From Octopus sinensis (lineage: Eukaryota): a stretch of DNA of 64,000 bases. The stretch covers positions 9,052,001-9,116,000 of the forward strand of contig NC_043000.1 of assembly GCF_006345805.1 (NCBI RefSeq). The letters are read 5' to 3'. The translations under genes and the position numbers were made by a program. Under the pieces are notes generated by a model. The model was given only the letters and a program-made list of their open reading frames with translations, searched no databases and was not told where the DNA came from. Every line of letters begins with the position of its first letter. Within the stretch, counting starts at the first letter, position 1. This document shows positions 61,608-64,000 of this stretch, one piece after another.

Positions 61608-63436
61608 ATTGATTGATTGATTCTAGTTTCAGCTCACGAGCTGTGGCCATGCTGGGGCACCGCCATTTGGTGTTACTACATGGTTTTACTTCACCAATGC
61701 TTTTTAGCAACTGCCATTTGGTGCATGAGAGAGTTCGATGCAGCTGCTCTCATCTGCCCCTCCTGCCGTGAAGTTGGTTCATCTGGGATACCTGACAAGA
61801 AGAGATCCAGTTTCATTTTAAAGACATCTGCATCAACCCCATGCAGGTCTCTTAGGTTCTTCGGGAGGATATTGAAGAGCTGTGGGCCTCGGAAGCCCAG
61901 GCTATCACAGTTTCTTGTCCTACATCTTGATGGCAAATTTGGAGTCCTTGGCACCACGCAGTGGCGCCCAGTTCTGGCATTTGTGTAACTCTCGATGCCA
62001 AAGTTTGGGACAAGTCCTTCCAAGATCTTCCAGATGTATATTATGGCATATCTTTCTCGCCTACGCTCCAAGGAATAGAGTTTTAATCTCTTGAGTCTTT
62101 CCCAGTAGCTTATATTCTGCACAGAGGCTATCTTCTTCGTGTAGCTACGTTGGATCGCCTCAAGTTCTGTGATCAACTTGACACTGGATGGTGACCATAG
62201 CTGAGAGCAATAGTCAAAGTGGCTTAGGACAAGTGTCCTCCAGAGGACCATCATGGTTTCCTGGTCTCTTGTTCTAAAGGTTCTAAGAATCCATCCGGCC
62301 AGTCGTCTACATTTCATTGCCAATTCAGCAACATGTACACGAAAGGTTGCGTCATCACTCATGTAAATACCCAGGTCACGCACTGATTGTGCCTCTGGGA
62401 TTGCAATTCCTCCGGGTCCAGTGTATTCATTGGGTATTGCATTTAGTTTTGCATGCTGATAGCATAAAGCTTGAAACTTTTCAGCATTGAACTGCATGCT
62501 ATTCTTTTCAGCCCACTTGTATATTTTGTCCAGCTCACATCGCAGACGTTTAGTGTCCTCAGGGTTCTGTATTGCCTGTGAAACTTTTGTATCATCTGCA
62601 TAACTTGTGATCGTGGCTCTCTGCGTGGCTGAGGGCATGTCTGAGAGGGCCATTATGAACAGTAGTGGTCCCAAAACAGTGCCCTGCGGAACACCGCTCA
62701 CTATTTGCGTGTTAATGGAAGTGGCCCCATTGGCTACTACCATCTGACTTCTATCTTTCAGAAAGTCATGAAGCCATTCTCCCAGTTTTCCAACTATGCT
62801 AAGATCACGCAGTTTGTGACATATCACTCCATGATCGACTTTATCAAAGGCCTTTGCAAAGTCGAGATATATCACTTCCACATTTGAGTGGTTGAGCAGT
62901 CGTTTCAGCACCCAGTCATAGTGTTGTAGGAGCTGAGTTAAGCAGCTTCTTCCTGGTCGGAAACCATGTTGGGTGTCAGACAGCAAGTCATTTTCTTCAA
63001 GGAAGGTGATCAGTTTCCTTCTGACTATTCGTTCCATGACCTTGCTGATGTGTGAGGTCAGAGAGATAGGTCTGTAGTTCTTGGCCACCGCTCTGCTACC
63101 TCCTTTATGAATAGGGCATATTTTACCTTCCTTCAGTTTTCTTGGAAGTTTGCCAGTTGCAAGGAAGCTCTGAAAGAGGAACTGCAGTGGTCTTGCTAGG
63201 ACTCTCTTACATACTTTTAGGAGGATTGCCGGGAATCCATCGGGGCCAGTAGCTGAGTCTGTTTTCATTTCATCTATAGCCTTTATTACATCGTCTTCCT
63301 TTATATCGATGTAATCTATCGTCGCTGCCTCTGATTTTATATCTGCAGTGGTAAAGAAGTCAGTTGGATTGGTGATTTGTAAATGCCCAAGGGGTGGAGT
63401 GAAAACACTCTTGAATTGCTCATTCAGTATTTCACT
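61608..63436 (-). mobile_element. CR1-group LINE, 5'-truncated, with short 3' UTR and (CAAT)n tail
   Basis: RT ORF, ~70-nt UTR with hairpin CAGCTC-GT-GAGCTG, tail AATCAATCAATCAAT; no endonuclease domain present. Confidence 0.92.
61691..63436 (-). CDS. LINE ORF2 reverse transcriptase (truncated, stop-free)
   Basis: GPDG, NYRPISLTS, QHGFRPGRSC, YLDFAKAFDKV, SGVPQGTVLGPLLF, YADD, DLG motifs; the frame stays open 56 codons upstream of the track Met at 63268 (SEILNEQFKSVF). Confidence 0.95.
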   Translation of the reverse strand, partial: SEILNEQFKSVFTPPLGHLQITNPTDFFTTADIKSEAATIDYIDIKEDDVIKAIDEMKTDSATGPDGFPAILLKVCKRVLARPLQFLFQSFLATGKLPRKLKEGKICPIHKGGSRAVAKNYRPISLTSHISKVMERIVRRKLITFLEENDLLSDTQHGFRPGRSCLTQLLQHYDWVLKRLLNHSNVEVIYLDFAKAFDKVDHGVICHKLRDLSIVGKLGEWLHDFLKDRSQMVVANGATSINTQIVSGVPQGTVLGPLLFIMALSDMPSATQRATITSYADDTKVSQAIQNPEDTKRLRCELDKIYKWAEKNSMQFNAEKFQALCYQHAKLNAIPNEYTGPGGIAIPEAQSVRDLGIYMSDDATFRVHVAELAMKCRRLAGWILRTFRTRDQETMMVLWRTLVLSHFDYCSQLWSPSSVKLITELEAIQRSYTKKIASVQNISYWERLKRLKLYSLERRRERYAIIYIWKILEGLVPNFGIESYTNARTGRHCVVPRTPNLPSRCRTRNCDSLGFRGPQLFNILPKNLRDLHGVDADVFKMKLDLFLSGIPDEPTSRQEGQMRAAASNSLMHQMAVAKKHW

Positions 63437-64000
63437 TTAGCAATAAATTTCACTGGGTAACACGATTTTTGTCCTTGGGTAGCAACAGTTATTTCCTATC
63501 TACTTACCCTTAGAAAATATGAAAATCGGTTAATATTTCCTTCAGACTTTTCTTTTGTTGTGTCTGGGGAGAGTCATTTTCTTTTTGTGCCTTATGATAT
63601 AACACACTCACCGGTAAAATTTCCACTTATTCCTTATTATTATTTTCCTAAAATCTTCGTTGCGTCTTGCAGTCTTTTCAATAATCTTGACTTTTGTTAC
63701 ATTTATTCAAACCCCAAAGAATCCCTCTCAACACATGCCTATGATGCTCCCCCATTAGTCGTGCTCATGATTAGAGATGCAAATATAACCACTAAGGGAT
63801 ACGCTCATGTGGTTATGGTCAAGAAACTGACAAGCAATTCTGTGATATTAAGGATAATATTTGTTATAACGATATTTCTGCTTCAGCAATTCAGCGCTGA
63901 ATTTGTCAGAAATGTAATGGAAAAGAAGGCAGTTTCAAACCATTGATATCCAGGTGACAAAAGCAAAGTTTGAAGGGAATAGTAGTCATTTCCTTCGATT

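Overview
Eukaryotic, AT-rich, microsatellite-saturated genomic DNA. Its SINE/LINE repertoire points to an octopod cephalopod (inference from repeat families, no search run). The only host gene segment I can support is the first coding exon of a TspanC8-type tetraspanin on the minus strand (33977-34060, MSRRNYWSRNEISMFIKYTLFSLNFLFW|GTAAGT). I found no second exon, so positions 1-33976 are probably a single large intron. The rest is mobile DNA: at least four tRNA-derived SINE families, a 5'-truncated CR1-group LINE with a stop-free RT, RTE and R4/Dong LINE pieces, Tc1/mariner/maT fossils, hAT-, piggyBac- and Merlin-like MITEs, a Helitron and a HINE. There is a 100-N gap at 43167-43266. Main hunt result: a family of mostly (TA)n-associated, Penelope-like-looking modules carries all three hammerhead ribozyme strands in REVERSED, non-circularly permuted order (UH, then GAAA, then CUGANGA). 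Stems I and III covary across four independent loci (9945, 22849/23241, 39961, 55658), and conventional minimal type I hammerheads occur nearby (7171, 45231, 58170). Second result: two palindromes centred on RTE 3' tails look like cDNA snap-back inverted duplications of the target DNA. Almost all ORF-track entries are microsatellite artefacts. Repeat boundaries were read by eye and are approximate.
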